A DNA stretch of 64,000 nucleotides from Gloeobacterales cyanobacterium (GTDB taxonomy: Bacteria; Cyanobacteriota; Cyanobacteriia; Gloeobacterales; PMM-0068). Positions 48,135 to 59,225 of the stretch are shown in pieces. Both the position numbers and the translations under genes were made by a program. The notes under the pieces were generated by a model, which was given only the letters and a program-made list of their open reading frames with translations, searched no databases and had not been told where the DNA came from. The stretch spans positions 1 through 64,000 of the forward strand of contig JBBRSB010000012.1 in NCBI GenBank assembly GCA_038245785.1, in the 5' to 3' direction. Within the stretch, counting starts at the first letter, position 1. Every line of letters starts with the position of its first letter.

Positions 48135-49628
48135 TTACCTGGAAATCTGCGTTCCAGGAAAATAAAATTGCAAGATCTTCTGATAGTTCCAGCCCCGATT
48201 GGCTAAGGTGTAGGCTCCGTATTGGCTCAACCCAATGCCATGTCCCCAACCTCCGCCTGTAAATACAAAAGAACCCTCTGACGTACGGTCTACAAAGAAA
48301 AGTGAGCTTGGAAGTTTATCGATAACAGCCACAATGGCATCCTTGCCAAGGGTGAACTTTGCACTGTCGGTTTGGACTTCAAGGGCCAGAACCCTACCAC
48401 TGCTGGAACGCTGGGTGACTTGAATATTCTGAATAGTGGTGAAGGGGGAAGTCGAGATGCCTACGCTACTCAAGTTCTCCAAAAATGAGTTCATCAAACC
48501 TTGATTTGAATAGGTTCGCTTCCAACGAAATCCAGGCCAAGAGGCTTCATTGAGCAGTGGAGCACTTCCCAAAAATTGGCGGACATCTTGTTCTCGGTCC
48601 AAGCGTGCAAAGTTCAGTTGGGGAATCTTGAGGGGTGTATCAAAAATAGACCTCAGATACGGACGGTCTATCCCTTGCCAAAGGTCCGTATAGTTCGCGG
48701 TCCTTCCCCCATTCGAGGAGGTGTACAGGGCATCCACGAGCTGTCCTTGGTAGCTTATCGTTTGGCCTCTTGTTTGGCGGACCGCTTTATCCATGAGGGG
48801 AGTCAATCCCCCAATCCCTCTGTACACCTGACAATTAGGAGTAGCACAGAGTTCATAGCCATCAATAGCAAATCGATGACGATTTTTGAGGACGTAGGTG
48901 CGGGCGATGACGGCCTGAGCTTTAATCGCTTCAAATGGTGGATTCGCACTCAGTTCATAGGGAACCACCCCCCGGATATAAGATTCCAAATCTACGGTAT
49001 TGATCACGGTGTATGTTCCGTAGGAGTTAGGCTCTACGGACAAAGTTCCTGGATAGGTATAGCGTCCATACTTAATCTTGCCGCTAGTGCTAAAAATTTC
49101 TAGCTTGGGGCCACTGTACTGAAGTCCATCGGCATTCCAGGCAAGCAAAGGGCTTTCGTTGCGGATGATCGCCTCAATGCGGGCTGGATATCCTTGTTGC
49201 TGAAGCTTGGGCAGTATGGATTCTCTCAGAGGCGTATCTCGAAAAATCTTACGGTCTGCCCACACCTGCCAGCGTTTGGGGCGCGCCACTTCCACAGGGA
49301 TGCCTGCCTTGCGGAGATTGCTTGCTACCAAATCTGCATCTTCGAAGCTGCGGTATGAACTAATTACCAAACGACTGAGATCTTGGGGGGTCGGTAAAGG
49401 GGTTAAAGGAGCTTCTAAGGTGATTGCTTTTGCATTGATAGGAGCGGACTGCTCAGGAAACCTTAGCAATAGGATCCCACCATCACCCGCCTGGATCGTC
49501 GCTCGGTCTTGGGGGCCAAACCATTGCTGAATACCAATGCGTAAAGTTTCTGCTTGGCTTGGCTGCGCCAGGGCTAGGAAACACCATAGAGCAGTCCAGA
49601 ATGGACTTTTGAAGAATGGAGATTTCAC
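48135..49628 (-). CDS. SpoIID/LytB domain protein
   Basis: YIRGVVPYE, KAQAVIARTY, CQVY, GWGHGIGLSQYGA. Confidence 0.9.
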   Translation of the reverse strand: MKSPFFKSPFWTALWCFLALAQPSQAETLRIGIQQWFGPQDRATIQAGDGGILLLRFPEQSAPINAKAITLEAPLTPLPTPQDLSRLVISSYRSFEDADLVASNLRKAGIPVEVARPKRWQVWADRKIFRDTPLRESILPKLQQQGYPARIEAIIRNESPLLAWNADGLQYSGPKLEIFSTSGKIKYGRYTYPGTLSVEPNSYGTYTVINTVDLESYIRGVVPYELSANPPFEAIKAQAVIARTYVLKNRHRFAIDGYELCATPNCQVYRGIGGLTPLMDKAVRQTRGQTISYQGQLVDALYTSSNGGRTANYTDLWQGIDRPYLRSIFDTPLKIPQLNFARLDREQDVRQFLGSAPLLNEASWPGFRWKRTYSNQGLMNSFLENLSSVGISTSPFTTIQNIQVTQRSSSGRVLALEVQTDSAKFTLGKDAIVAVIDKLPSSLFFVDRTSEGSFVFTGGGWGHGIGLSQYGAYTLANRGWNYQKILQFYFPGTQISR

Positions 49629-49659
49629 GTCTCTCTTTACAAGAACAGGAGTTGCCTTG

Positions 49660-50574
49660 TTACTCTAACGCAGCGATGGCCTTCCCGGCAGGACTCGTAG
49701 CGAATGTGATCAAGGCTTTAGTCGCTTCTGTTGAGGTGGGACTGTAGACATAGTAGAGGACACTAATAAGCGGATATTGGGGAGATCCGGGGAGTGTTTC
49801 ATCCAAAGGTAAGGTGCGAATAGATTGCTGGGTCTTGATTTGACTGTAGTTGACATAACTGATGCCATTCGCTCTCAGTTTTTGCAGGACTTTGGTGCTT
49901 CCACTACTTTCCATCGTGATCCAGTTAGGACCATTACCAAAATCACGACCGCCTAAAATAGCTTTCTGGAAGGTTTGATAGGTGCCTGTATTCGGGGGAC
50001 GATTGATGACGTACAAAGGCAAGTGTACGCCACCCATCTGAGCCCAATTCGTTACTTTACCGAGGAAAATATTTTGCAGTTGTGCTGTGGTCAGTCCCTT
50101 CTTGAAGGGGTTCTGTCTCCCTACAAGAAGGGCAATAGCATCGGTTTTTACGGGGACTGCCACTAGCCCTAGGGCTTCTTCTCTTGACGTTAGAGGGCGA
50201 GCAATAGCCGCTACATCGGCTCGACCGGCGATCAGCGATTGAATCGCTTCGAGACTTGAACTTGTCTTCCACGAATACTTGACTCCTGGATAGCGTTTTA
50301 TAAAAGCTTGACCCAATTGCTTGTTGAAGGTGACTAAACTTGAAGCGCTATCAATTGAGACAGAGCTTCCTGCAGGAAGCTCTGTAGGTAGATTTGGGGC
50401 CGTAGAAACTTCGAGTGAGTCTACAGCAGGAGTACTGGCTTTCTTCAGATTCGACAAGTTCTGGACATTCGTGATGTAGTAATACATCCCTGCTCCCAAG
50501 AGCAGCAGCAGTATCAGTAGGATGTCAAAAACGTTTAGGGGAGAGCCACTTTTGGTGTTTTTAGAACGGCTCAC
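49660..50574 (-). CDS. PstS-like substrate-binding protein with N-terminal anchor
   Basis: DVAAIARPL, GLTTAQLQNIFLGKVTNW, NRPPNTGT. Confidence 0.75.
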   Translation of the reverse strand: MSRSKNTKSGSPLNVFDILLILLLLLGAGMYYYITNVQNLSNLKKASTPAVDSLEVSTAPNLPTELPAGSSVSIDSASSLVTFNKQLGQAFIKRYPGVKYSWKTSSSLEAIQSLIAGRADVAAIARPLTSREEALGLVAVPVKTDAIALLVGRQNPFKKGLTTAQLQNIFLGKVTNWAQMGGVHLPLYVINRPPNTGTYQTFQKAILGGRDFGNGPNWITMESSGSTKVLQKLRANGISYVNYSQIKTQQSIRTLPLDETLPGSPQYPLISVLYYVYSPTSTEATKALITFATSPAGKAIAALE

Positions 50575-50680
50575 GACTAATCCTATAGTGACTTTTTATA
50601 AGCATCATGGGAGCAATGTCTATGCAATCCCCACTCTAGCTGCTCTAGCGTGCAAACCTCCATAATTGGCTAAGGCTCCG

Positions 50681-51529
50681 TTAATCTTCTTCTGGTTCTT
50701 CCCTATGCTCAGGAACTCGTTCTAAGGATGCTTCTATGAAATTCGTCAACTCTTTTACCTGGGGATGGGGCTCTATTTGATGAATTTGGACAAGAGCTTC
50801 TGCTAAGGTCAGGTCAGAGCGATAGAGCAGACGATGGGCGAGGCGCAGTAGCCGATAACCTTCGATATCTCCACGCGGTGAGATGCCAATGCGCGATAGA
50901 CCAATGGTATTCAGGCAGCGTACCCGAGCTGGTACATCTGCCGCCAGCATGAAAGGTGGTATATCCTGACGAACCGTGGCCTTGCCTCCGATCATCACCC
51001 CTCGACCAATCCAGACATTTGGAAAGACAAACGCCAGTCCGCCCAGGATAGCTCTGGGAGCAACGCGGACGTGCGCTCCTAGATTCACCCAATTAACCAT
51101 TACGACGTTATCAGCGACCTGTGCTCCATAGCCGATGAATACATACCCCATGAGAAGGTTATCGTCTCCAATCAAGGTGTCTTGACCAGGCCCACGCTCA
51201 ATAATCACGTGTTCGCGAATGTAATTTCGAGAACCTAAGATCACTTTTCCGGCAACGGCTTCTTGCTCAGACAATTCCGTTTCAGACGTTTCATCCGCCG
51301 TGATAATAGTAGTAATAGCCCCTACCATCGCTCCAGGATAAATTTGGTTGTTTTCTCCGAGGATGGTGCCCTGACCAATTACAGCGCGGTGGGCAATTAC
51401 CGTTCCTGAGTCAATGATTACGTCCGCTTCAATAACAGCATTTGCCCCGACCCGGACGTTGGGATGGAGTTGGGCCGATGGATGAACCACCGCAGTGGGG
51501 TGGATGAGGGATTCGGTTGAAAAAGTCAC
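50681..51529 (-). CDS. LpxA-like hexapeptide-repeat protein lacking catalytic residues
   Basis: IHPTAVVHPSA start, IREHVIIERG, QDIPPF, LNTIGL; the catalytic H-x-x-H-D segment reads F-x-x-Y-G. Confidence 0.75.
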   Translation of the reverse strand: MTFSTESLIHPTAVVHPSAQLHPNVRVGANAVIEADVIIDSGTVIAHRAVIGQGTILGENNQIYPGAMVGAITTIITADETSETELSEQEAVAGKVILGSRNYIREHVIIERGPGQDTLIGDDNLLMGYVFIGYGAQVADNVVMVNWVNLGAHVRVAPRAILGGLAFVFPNVWIGRGVMIGGKATVRQDIPPFMLAADVPARVRCLNTIGLSRIGISPRGDIEGYRLLRLAHRLLYRSDLTLAEALVQIHQIEPHPQVKELTNFIEASLERVPEHREEPEED

Positions 51530-51545
51530 CTCATGATCCTAACGC

Positions 51546-52544
51546 CTAGCGGAACATACTGCTGACAGAAGAATCTTCATGGATGCGTGAAATTGCCTCA
51601 CCTAGGAGATTTGCAACCGAGAGCACCTGGAGTTGGGGAAAACGGCGCGATGGAGGGATCGGCAAAGTGTTGGTGACGATCACTTCTGTGAAGATCCCTG
51701 TGGAGAGCCTGGATACGGCAGGCCCAGAGAATACAGCATGAGTAGCACAGGCATAGACTTCTCGAGCACCTTCTGCCATCAAAGCCCTGGCTGACTCTGT
51801 AATCGTACCGGCCGTATCGATCATGTCATCGACCAAAATAGCGATCTTGCCCTCGACTTCTCCAATTACATTCATTGCTTCGGCTACGTTATGAGCTTGA
51901 CGACGCTTATCTACGATCGCCAGCGGTGCGTCATCCAATTTCTTCGCAAAAGCACGGGCGCGGGCTACCCCTCCCACATCAGGGGAGACCACCACTACAT
52001 CTTCTAGATGTTTGCTTTTGATGTAATCAATGATCACGGGGGAGCCATAGACATGATCTACAGGAATATCAAAATAAGCTTGGATCTGCGCTGAGTGGAG
52101 ATCCATAGCCAAAATACGGCTTACTCCAGCCTTGGTAATCAAGTTGGCCACCAATTTGGCAGCAATGGATTCTCTGCCTGCGGTTTTGCGGTCTGCGCGT
52201 GCATAGCCGTAGTAGGGAATCACGGCGGTGATCTGCCGTGCAGATGCTCTCTTACACGCATCGATCATCAGTAACAATTCCATCAGGTGGTCATTGACGG
52301 GTTCACAGGTAGGCTGGATCAGGTAAACATCACAACCCCTTACCGACTCCTGAATCTGGACGTATAGTTCTCCATCTGCGAAAGCTTTGCGGACTAGCGG
52401 TCCTGGGTCCATACCCAGATAGCGGGCTACCATCAGGGCTAGGTCTGGATTGGCTGATCCGGAGAAGACCCGAAGCCTGTCATCTCCAATAAAAGAAGCG
52501 GCTGTAATGGAACTAGGATCGAAGCGCGTAGCAGAGCGAATCAC
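51546..52544 (-). CDS. prs: Ribose-phosphate pyrophosphokinase
   Basis: PYYGYARADRK, DLHS, VSPDVGG, VDDMIDTAGT. Confidence 0.97.
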   Translation of the reverse strand: MIRSATRFDPSSITAASFIGDDRLRVFSGSANPDLALMVARYLGMDPGPLVRKAFADGELYVQIQESVRGCDVYLIQPTCEPVNDHLMELLLMIDACKRASARQITAVIPYYGYARADRKTAGRESIAAKLVANLITKAGVSRILAMDLHSAQIQAYFDIPVDHVYGSPVIIDYIKSKHLEDVVVVSPDVGGVARARAFAKKLDDAPLAIVDKRRQAHNVAEAMNVIGEVEGKIAILVDDMIDTAGTITESARALMAEGAREVYACATHAVFSGPAVSRLSTGIFTEVIVTNTLPIPPSRRFPQLQVLSVANLLGEAISRIHEDSSVSSMFR

Positions 52545-52923
52545 AGGAGGTATTCCTATAGAAGGGTTAGACTAGCGGGACTAGAGTGGTACCCTCGAAA
52601 TTTTTGCTGGTTACCCAGAAACAGACAAAATAGGCCCCAAAAATCATACCTTCTCTCTGCATGCTTCGTAATGCTGCATGAACAAAGCTTTAAGTGAGGC
52701 TGATTGGGGGTCTGGAACACAGAAATTTATCCTAGAAGCCCTATATTTTCTTAACAAGCGGAACTTTTCTGAGTTTCACCTGTCCCCTGTATGCTCAGGA
52801 CGAGTTAATCTTCGCACAGAAGAGCCTATATACCGTTACATTTTTTGATGAAATTTTCATAGAGCGCTATGGGTAGCTTATTCTGTCTCACTAGGGGATA
52901 GTGACCCCCTAGATCTGAGGAGT

Positions 52924-54192
52924 GTGCTGATGAGGCCGATAAGAGGGATCAGAAAGCAGATCATTATGGCTGCTCTAGCTATCGGCAGTCTGGCTGGAGC
53001 TTCTAATGCCAGCCCGCTGATCCTAGTTAATCAAAATACAGGAAATTTAGTCCAAGATTGGCGTGAAAGGGATTCTCTCAAACAGGCTATAGCCTATAGT
53101 TTGCAATATCTAGAGGGGCCTAAGTCCCAGAAGGATTTTCCTCTGGCTGGGGTGAGTCATGACTGGGCAAAATCCAGTCTGGAACGTTTGCGAACACTCT
53201 TAGATGCTTGTCGCTCCGGCTGGGAATTCAGCGATCAGGTCCAACGAGAATTTCAGCTTTATGTTAATCCGGATGCCGGTGTCACACCTCCTCCCTCATC
53301 TATAGCACCGATTCCATCAAATCCTGAAACATCTAACGCCACCCCTACGATTCCCACTCCAACTCCGGTTATTGCTGCGCCCAATCCAGGCTCGATGCTC
53401 TATACAGCCTATTTTGAGCCTATTTATGAAGCCCGGACTGAGCCGAGTCCACCCTTTATCTATCCTCTATACCGTCTGCCGCCTGATTTAGTCCTCGATA
53501 GTCGGGGAAAAGCTCTAGGTCAATCGACTCCCCATGGGATTGTGCCCTATCCTACCCGCCAGCAAATTGAAGAAGGGGGCCTTCTCAAAGGATTAGAGCT
53601 TGCCTATCTCAGTAGCCCGATGGAGGTATTTCTGGCCCAAGTTCAGGGGTCTGTTCGGTTGATTTTGCCTGAAGGTGGAGCATTACGCCTGGGCTATGCT
53701 GGTAAATCAGGCCGTCCCTACCGTAGTTTAGGCCAAGCCCTTATCCAAGCCGGGAAAATGACCAAGAAAGAAGTTTCTCTTGAGCGGATCAAGCGCTACT
53801 TTCAAGAACATCCTGAAGAATTCAATACCTATGCCTACCAAAATGAAAGCTACGTTTTCTTTGCCCCAAAACCAAACACGCCTGAAGGTCCAAAAGGTAG
53901 CCTTGGGGTCCCTTTGACGGCGATGCGTTCTTTCGCCTCAGATAAGGCCATATTTCCCTACGGTCTGCCTGCGCTCATAGATACCTATATTGAAGGACGT
54001 CCCTTCCGACGCTTGATGCTGAACCAGGATACAGGAGGAGCGATTATTGGTCCTTCCCGAGCTGATTTATTTGTGGGTACAGGGCCAGAAGCTGGCCAGA
54101 TTGCTGGGGGTGTCAAAAATTCTGGAAAATTCTATTTTCTTCTTCTGAAGCAACCCAAGCCCAGTGCGAGTTTTACTTCCGCTACTCCATAG
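52924..54192 (+). CDS. mltA: Lytic transglycosylase MltA
   Basis: TAYFEP, QVQGS, NESYVFF, QDTGGAI...RADLF. Confidence 0.9.
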   Translation: MLMRPIRGIRKQIIMAALAIGSLAGASNASPLILVNQNTGNLVQDWRERDSLKQAIAYSLQYLEGPKSQKDFPLAGVSHDWAKSSLERLRTLLDACRSGWEFSDQVQREFQLYVNPDAGVTPPPSSIAPIPSNPETSNATPTIPTPTPVIAAPNPGSMLYTAYFEPIYEARTEPSPPFIYPLYRLPPDLVLDSRGKALGQSTPHGIVPYPTRQQIEEGGLLKGLELAYLSSPMEVFLAQVQGSVRLILPEGGALRLGYAGKSGRPYRSLGQALIQAGKMTKKEVSLERIKRYFQEHPEEFNTYAYQNESYVFFAPKPNTPEGPKGSLGVPLTAMRSFASDKAIFPYGLPALIDTYIEGRPFRRLMLNQDTGGAIIGPSRADLFVGTGPEAGQIAGGVKNSGKFYFLLLKQPKPSASFTSATP

Positions 54193-54219
54193 AGGCGCAA
54201 TATCTCGCGCCTCTATGGA
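54186..54219. terminator. 13-bp-stem hairpin between convergent mltA and infB
   Basis: TCCATAGAGGCGC-N8-GCGCCTCTATGGA. Confidence 0.7.
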
Positions 54220-54223
54220 AGGG

Positions 54224-57082
54224 TTATAGGTTACGCTTTTGGGTAACCATTCTATAGACTTCGATCAAGTCGCCTTCTCTCCAGTCACTAAAGGCCGTTC
54301 GGATACCGCACTCAAAGCCAGCATTGACTTCTTTAACATCCTCTTGGAAGCGTCTGAGCGAATCTAGATAGCCTTCATAGACCACTTCTTTGCCCCGACG
54401 GACGCGGATATTACTATTGCGGCTAATCTTGCCTTCCTTGACCATGCAGCCTGCTACAGCGCCTTTGGCAATGGAGATAATCTGGCGCACTTCAGCTACG
54501 CCTAGAGATTCCTCTACCATCTCAGGTTCTAGCTTTCCGGCCATGGCATCGCGCACATCCTCGAGGAGCTTGTAAATCACGTCATATTCCTGAATAGTGA
54601 CGTGGGAACGCTCTGCTGCAACCCTTGCCGAAGTACCCAGTGTGGTGTTGAAGCCGAGAATAATCGCTCCTGAAGCCGCTGCAAGGTCAACGTCCGCTTC
54701 GGAAACATCACCAGCGGCCGAAAGTAGGATTTTGAGCTGGACTTGATCTTGGGGTAACTGGCCCAAAGAGCCAAGAATTGCCTCGACAGAACCCTGCATG
54801 TCGCCTTTGACGATCAGGTTCAGTTCTTTGAGGTCTCCTTCCTTCGCCTGCGAAGAAAGCATTCCCAGCGTAACCCGACTGGTCGCCATAGCCTGGGCCA
54901 AACGGTTTTCCCGTTGCCCCAGAGCCCGCTTTTCAGCTTCTAGTCGAGCTTCTCGCTCATCGGCATAGACGGCCAGTTCATCGCCAACGCCCGGTACATC
55001 GGAGAATCCTAAGACTTTTACAGGCATGGAAGGGCCTGCACTCTCTACGATGCCACCGCGATCATCAAATAAGGCGCGCACCTTACCGTAGACAGAGCCC
55101 ACGACAAAGGGATCACCAACGCGGAGGGTTCCGTTTTGGACCAAGATAGTCGCCACCGGACCTTGGGCTTTGTCCAGGTTTGCTTCAATCACCGTTCCTT
55201 TAGCCCGACGGTCTGGGTTGGCTGAAAGTTCTTGAACATCCGCTACCAGCACGATCATTTCAAGCAATTTATCCAGATTGAGCTGAGATTTGGCTGAGAC
55301 GGGAACCATGACGGTATCTCCACCCCATTCTTCCGCTAGCAATCCTTGCTCAGAAAGTTCCTGCTTGACTCGGTCTTGGTTCGCTTCAGGTTTATCGATT
55401 TTGTTGATGGCAACAATCATCGGTACCCCAGCGGCCCGCGCGTGGGAAATAGCTTCCTTCGTTTGAGGCATCACACCGTCATCAGCCGCCACCACCAGGA
55501 TAGTGATATCGGTGACTTTGGCTCCCCGAGCGCGCATGGCAGTGAAGGCTTCGTGACCAGGGGTGTCCAGGAAAACGATTTGGCGGGGTTGACCTTCTAC
55601 TTCAACATCGATGTGGTAAGCGCCAATGTGCTGGGTAATACCTCCAGCCTCGCCTTGGGCTACTTTGGTCCGACGGATAGCGTCTAGCAGGGAGGTCTTT
55701 CCGTGGTCGACGTGGCCCATGATCGTGACGACTGGAGGACGGATCACCAAGTGATCCAGATCTTCTACATCCAACATTTCGGTTTTCTTGGCCGCTGCTT
55801 CACGCTCGGCAAATTCCACCTCGTAGCCAAGCTGTGTGGCGACCAGCTCAGCGGTCTCCATGTCCAAGGTCTGGTTGATGGTAACGGGGATGCCCTTGAG
55901 GAAGAGGACCTTAATCACTTCGGTGTTGGAGACCTTCATCAGTTCGGCCAAATCTTTAACGGTCAGGTTTCCACCCAAGGTAATGCTGGTTGGCTTTGCC
56001 TCTTCTACCGGTCTACGGTCTCGACGGCGCTGACTTGCTGAGCTAGAACCTCGTTTCTTGGTAGTAGTGAATCGAGTGGCCGCAACAGGAGCCGGTGCGT
56101 TTGGATTAGCCTTGGCCGTAGGTCGAGAAATTGGACGCGCCAGTAAAGACTGCTCGTTCAAAGCCTTGGCGGCTTCTAGCTCTACGGCATCGTCATCTTC
56201 CCCAACAACCTTCGCCTTTAAGCGCTTAGGTGGTTTAGGTGCCTTGGCAGGAGATGCTCCCGCTTTCCCACGACGCTCGGATTCAGTTTCCTCAGCGACA
56301 GCCGACAGCCGACGGATAGGCGGCAGGGGCTCTTCAGCCGATTTGATAATTCTGGGGACCTTCACCGCGCCAGTTTGGGGTTGAGGTGCCTCAACTTTGA
56401 CTGGACTGATTGGAGTCGGGGCTGTTGGAGCCTTGGGAGCCACGGGCGCTTGTGGAGCGGTAGGAATTTGTGGCGACGCTGGAACTCGTGCAGCAATTGT
56501 CGGTGCGGGGGTCGTGGGGGCAGCAGGAGGAGCTACAGGAGCAGGAGTGATTGGTGTCTGAGGAGCTACGGGAACCACGGGAGCACGGGGAGGCTCAACC
56601 GATGGCACTTCTACTTCTTTTTTGGCTGCTGGCTGCACTGGCAGAGGAACCGCAGTGCTAATACTGCTACCACGCTCCGGAGCGCTGGGTTCATTAGCCA
56701 CTTGGCGCGCTGTCGGTGGGGAAACAGATGCTATCGGTTGAGGCGGTTCCACCACTTCTAGCGGAGCGACGGGAGGTTGTGCCGGACGAGTGGGAAGGCC
56801 AACAATTACATTGCGCTTGATAGAGACAATTTGCGGTGCTTTTGGCTTTGCCACTCCGGCTATCCCTGCTTTTTGCGGTGGTATACCTGCTGCCCCTTGT
56901 GGTTTTTGGGCAGTTCTGCGGCCACTCACGATAACCTGTTTGATGCGTTCTACATCTTCATGGCTAATCGTGCTGCTATGACTTTTATAGACAATCTTGA
57001 GCGCATCGCAGATAGCCAAGATATCTTTGCTGTCGCGGTTGAGCTCGCGTGCTAAGTCGTAAATTCGTTTTTTTTCGTTCAT
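54224..57082 (-). CDS. infB: Translation initiation factor IF-2
   Basis: [17 protein letters not shown]; Pro-rich N-terminal region. Confidence 0.98.
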   Translation of the reverse strand: MNEKKRIYDLARELNRDSKDILAICDALKIVYKSHSSTISHEDVERIKQVIVSGRRTAQKPQGAAGIPPQKAGIAGVAKPKAPQIVSIKRNVIVGLPTRPAQPPVAPLEVVEPPQPIASVSPPTARQVANEPSAPERGSSISTAVPLPVQPAAKKEVEVPSVEPPRAPVVPVAPQTPITPAPVAPPAAPTTPAPTIAARVPASPQIPTAPQAPVAPKAPTAPTPISPVKVEAPQPQTGAVKVPRIIKSAEEPLPPIRRLSAVAEETESERRGKAGASPAKAPKPPKRLKAKVVGEDDDAVELEAAKALNEQSLLARPISRPTAKANPNAPAPVAATRFTTTKKRGSSSASQRRRDRRPVEEAKPTSITLGGNLTVKDLAELMKVSNTEVIKVLFLKGIPVTINQTLDMETAELVATQLGYEVEFAEREAAAKKTEMLDVEDLDHLVIRPPVVTIMGHVDHGKTSLLDAIRRTKVAQGEAGGITQHIGAYHIDVEVEGQPRQIVFLDTPGHEAFTAMRARGAKVTDITILVVAADDGVMPQTKEAISHARAAGVPMIVAINKIDKPEANQDRVKQELSEQGLLAEEWGGDTVMVPVSAKSQLNLDKLLEMIVLVADVQELSANPDRRAKGTVIEANLDKAQGPVATILVQNGTLRVGDPFVVGSVYGKVRALFDDRGGIVESAGPSMPVKVLGFSDVPGVGDELAVYADEREARLEAEKRALGQRENRLAQAMATSRVTLGMLSSQAKEGDLKELNLIVKGDMQGSVEAILGSLGQLPQDQVQLKILLSAAGDVSEADVDLAAASGAIILGFNTTLGTSARVAAERSHVTIQEYDVIYKLLEDVRDAMAGKLEPEMVEESLGVAEVRQIISIAKGAVAGCMVKEGKISRNSNIRVRRGKEVVYEGYLDSLRRFQEDVKEVNAGFECGIRTAFSDWREGDLIEVYRMVTQKRNL

Positions 57083-57120
57083 GAACTGTCCTCGACGTAC
57101 TTCCCCTTACTACCTGCGTT

Positions 57121-57441
57121 TCAATGAATGCTGTTTATGTCTGCCCCCGACCTCTGTACTGTCTCTTGGAAAAAGGAAGAGTCGGTGCAGGGATGATGTT
57201 GAGCCTGTTCCCAGAGGGCTTTGAGGATGTCAGGAGGGACTGGAGCTTTTAAAGCTTTAGCCAATCGCCCTTTACGCTCTACCCCTTTTAGGCAGTCTAC
57301 TCTAGGACAGAGATATACGGAACGCCCCATACCTCCACCCAATTGTACTGTTTGGCTGGGCCATGACCGCACCACCTTCAAAAAAGAAGATTTGTGCTCA
57401 ACCTTGCGACAGCTCAAGCAACGACGATAATTTTTCTTCAA
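57121..57441 (-). CDS. ylxR: YlxR/RnpM family protein
   Basis: RRCLSCR, GRSVYLC; between nusA and infB. Confidence 0.88.
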   Translation of the reverse strand: MKKNYRRCLSCRKVEHKSSFLKVVRSWPSQTVQLGGGMGRSVYLCPRVDCLKGVERKGRLAKALKAPVPPDILKALWEQAQHHPCTDSSFFQETVQRSGADINSIH

Positions 57442-57446
57442 GTAGG

Positions 57447-58595
57447 TTACTGTGTCTCCGCTTGATAATACTCAGAAGCTTTTTTGATATCTATTTTCCA
57501 TCCTGTTAGGCGGGCGGCTAACCGTACATTTTGCCCCTCTTTGCCGATCGCTAGAGAGAGCTGATCGTCTGGTACTACGACATGGGCCTGACGGGCTTCT
57601 GGATCGACCAAACGGACTTCTGCCACTCTAGCAGGAGAGAGCGCATTCGCAATGTAGGTTGCCGGATCCGGAGACCAGCGAACTACGTCAATTTTCTCCC
57701 CTCTGAGTTCGTTGACTACTGCTTGAATACGGGATCCTCTAGCTCCAATACAGGCCCCCACAGGGTCCACATCGCGCTCCAAAGTATCTACTGCTATTTT
57801 AGTGCGTGGACCAACGGTGCGGGTAGGGGGGTTTGCCTCACGGGCTACAGCAACAATCCGCACCACTTCGTCTTCGATTTCTGGGACTTCGTTGGCGAAG
57901 AGATAGACCACCAGACCAGCATCTGCGCGGGAAACGGAAAGCTGGGGACCGCGACGGGAACCTTCCCAAACTTTTTTCAAGAAGACCTTGATCACCGAGC
58001 CAATCCGGTAGGGCTCGTTGGGCAGTTGCTCATTCTTTGGAAGTTCAGCTTCCACTTCTGGACGACCAAAACCAGAGCTGACACTGACAATTACAGAGCG
58101 GTTTTCAAAGCGAGTGACACGGCCTTGTAAGACTGTATTTTCTTGATCCCGAAACTCTTCTTGAATGAGCTGACGGGAATAGTCCCTCAATTTTTGATTA
58201 AGGACTTGTTTGGTCTGAATCGCTGCCATGCGACCAAATTCTTGTTTGTCAGGGGTGACATCTACCAGGACCTGATAGCCTGGCTCTGCCCCAGGATCTA
58301 CCTCTAGAACTTCTTCTAAAGCAATCTCATGGTCTGTATTTTCTACTTCTTCGACAATCGTTTTTGTGGCCAGTACGCGAAAGCCTTGGTTTTCTAGATC
58401 TAGATCCACATCAAAATTTAGAAAATATTCATCGTCGAAAATGGCATCTTTTTCTTTGTAGGTCTTGCGAAAACGTTCATAGCCTTTCTGTAGGGCTTCA
58501 CGCAAAGCATCGGAAACAGCACTTTTAGGTAAATTTCGTTCGCGGCTGATGCCATCAATCAGTTCGTTGATTCCAGGGAGGGGGATCAGGGACAT
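57447..58595 (-). CDS. nusA: Transcription factor NusA
   Basis: FGRMAAIQTKQV, DPVGACIG, LSLAIGKEGQN. Confidence 0.97.
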   Translation of the reverse strand: MSLIPLPGINELIDGISRERNLPKSAVSDALREALQKGYERFRKTYKEKDAIFDDEYFLNFDVDLDLENQGFRVLATKTIVEEVENTDHEIALEEVLEVDPGAEPGYQVLVDVTPDKQEFGRMAAIQTKQVLNQKLRDYSRQLIQEEFRDQENTVLQGRVTRFENRSVIVSVSSGFGRPEVEAELPKNEQLPNEPYRIGSVIKVFLKKVWEGSRRGPQLSVSRADAGLVVYLFANEVPEIEDEVVRIVAVAREANPPTRTVGPRTKIAVDTLERDVDPVGACIGARGSRIQAVVNELRGEKIDVVRWSPDPATYIANALSPARVAEVRLVDPEARQAHVVVPDDQLSLAIGKEGQNVRLAARLTGWKIDIKKASEYYQAETQ

Positions 58596-58631
58596 AGGGT
58601 CCTCCAATTATGTAGTTGTCTTGTTGTTTCA

Positions 58632-59114
58632 CTAACGGGTGAGCAGTACTTGAGTGACTTGGGCGCGCGGTAAGGTTACCTTACGGCCTTGGATCATTAC
58701 GATCACTGCATCCTCAGTTCGTTCCAGTAGTTTTCCATTCCACTCACTTTTGTCCTTAATCGGAGGACTTACCTGAATGGCTACGGAAAAACCCCGAAAC
58801 ACCTGAAATTCACGGTCAGTAGTCAGGTTGCGGTCTGCACCAGGGCTGGACACTTCCAGAACATAGGCTTCTGGAAGAAGATGTTCTGCCCCATCCAGTA
58901 TCGGTTCTATCGCTCTACTAACCCGCTCACAATCGGCTAGTCCCGTATCTTGCTGAGGGTTGCGGATATCGATCCGAAGGATGGGTGGACTGTGGTGGGT
59001 TTGGTGCTGTAGACCGACTAGCTCCAAGCTTAGAGCAGCAACGGTGGGTTCGAGAAGCTGCCAAAGGGCTTGGACGTAGGGAGGTAGGTCTGCAGAACCG
59101 GAGGAAGTAGCCAT
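58632..59114 (-). CDS. rimP: Ribosome maturation factor RimP
   Basis: DCERVS, YVLEVSSPG. Confidence 0.93.
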   Translation of the reverse strand: MATSSGSADLPPYVQALWQLLEPTVAALSLELVGLQHQTHHSPPILRIDIRNPQQDTGLADCERVSRAIEPILDGAEHLLPEAYVLEVSSPGADRNLTTDREFQVFRGFSVAIQVSPPIKDKSEWNGKLLERTEDAVIVMIQGRKVTLPRAQVTQVLLTR

Positions 59115-59137
59115 AAAATAAGGTGGGTTTCCCCACC
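59115..59137 (-). promoter_or_regulatory. rimP leader hairpin
   Basis: GGTGGG-GAAA-CCCACC then TTATTTT directly before the rimP ATG. Confidence 0.6.
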
Positions 59138-59225
59138 CCGTAGCAGCCCTTTAGAGGGCTGTAAAGAGCTATGAACCGAGTTTACCTTGAAAAAGGGTGA
59201 TTTCCCAAGGCTTGAGGTTTATCGT

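Noticed and set aside
56380..56800. Pro/Ala-rich low-complexity repeats
   Set aside because: Normal N-terminal region of cyanobacterial IF-2
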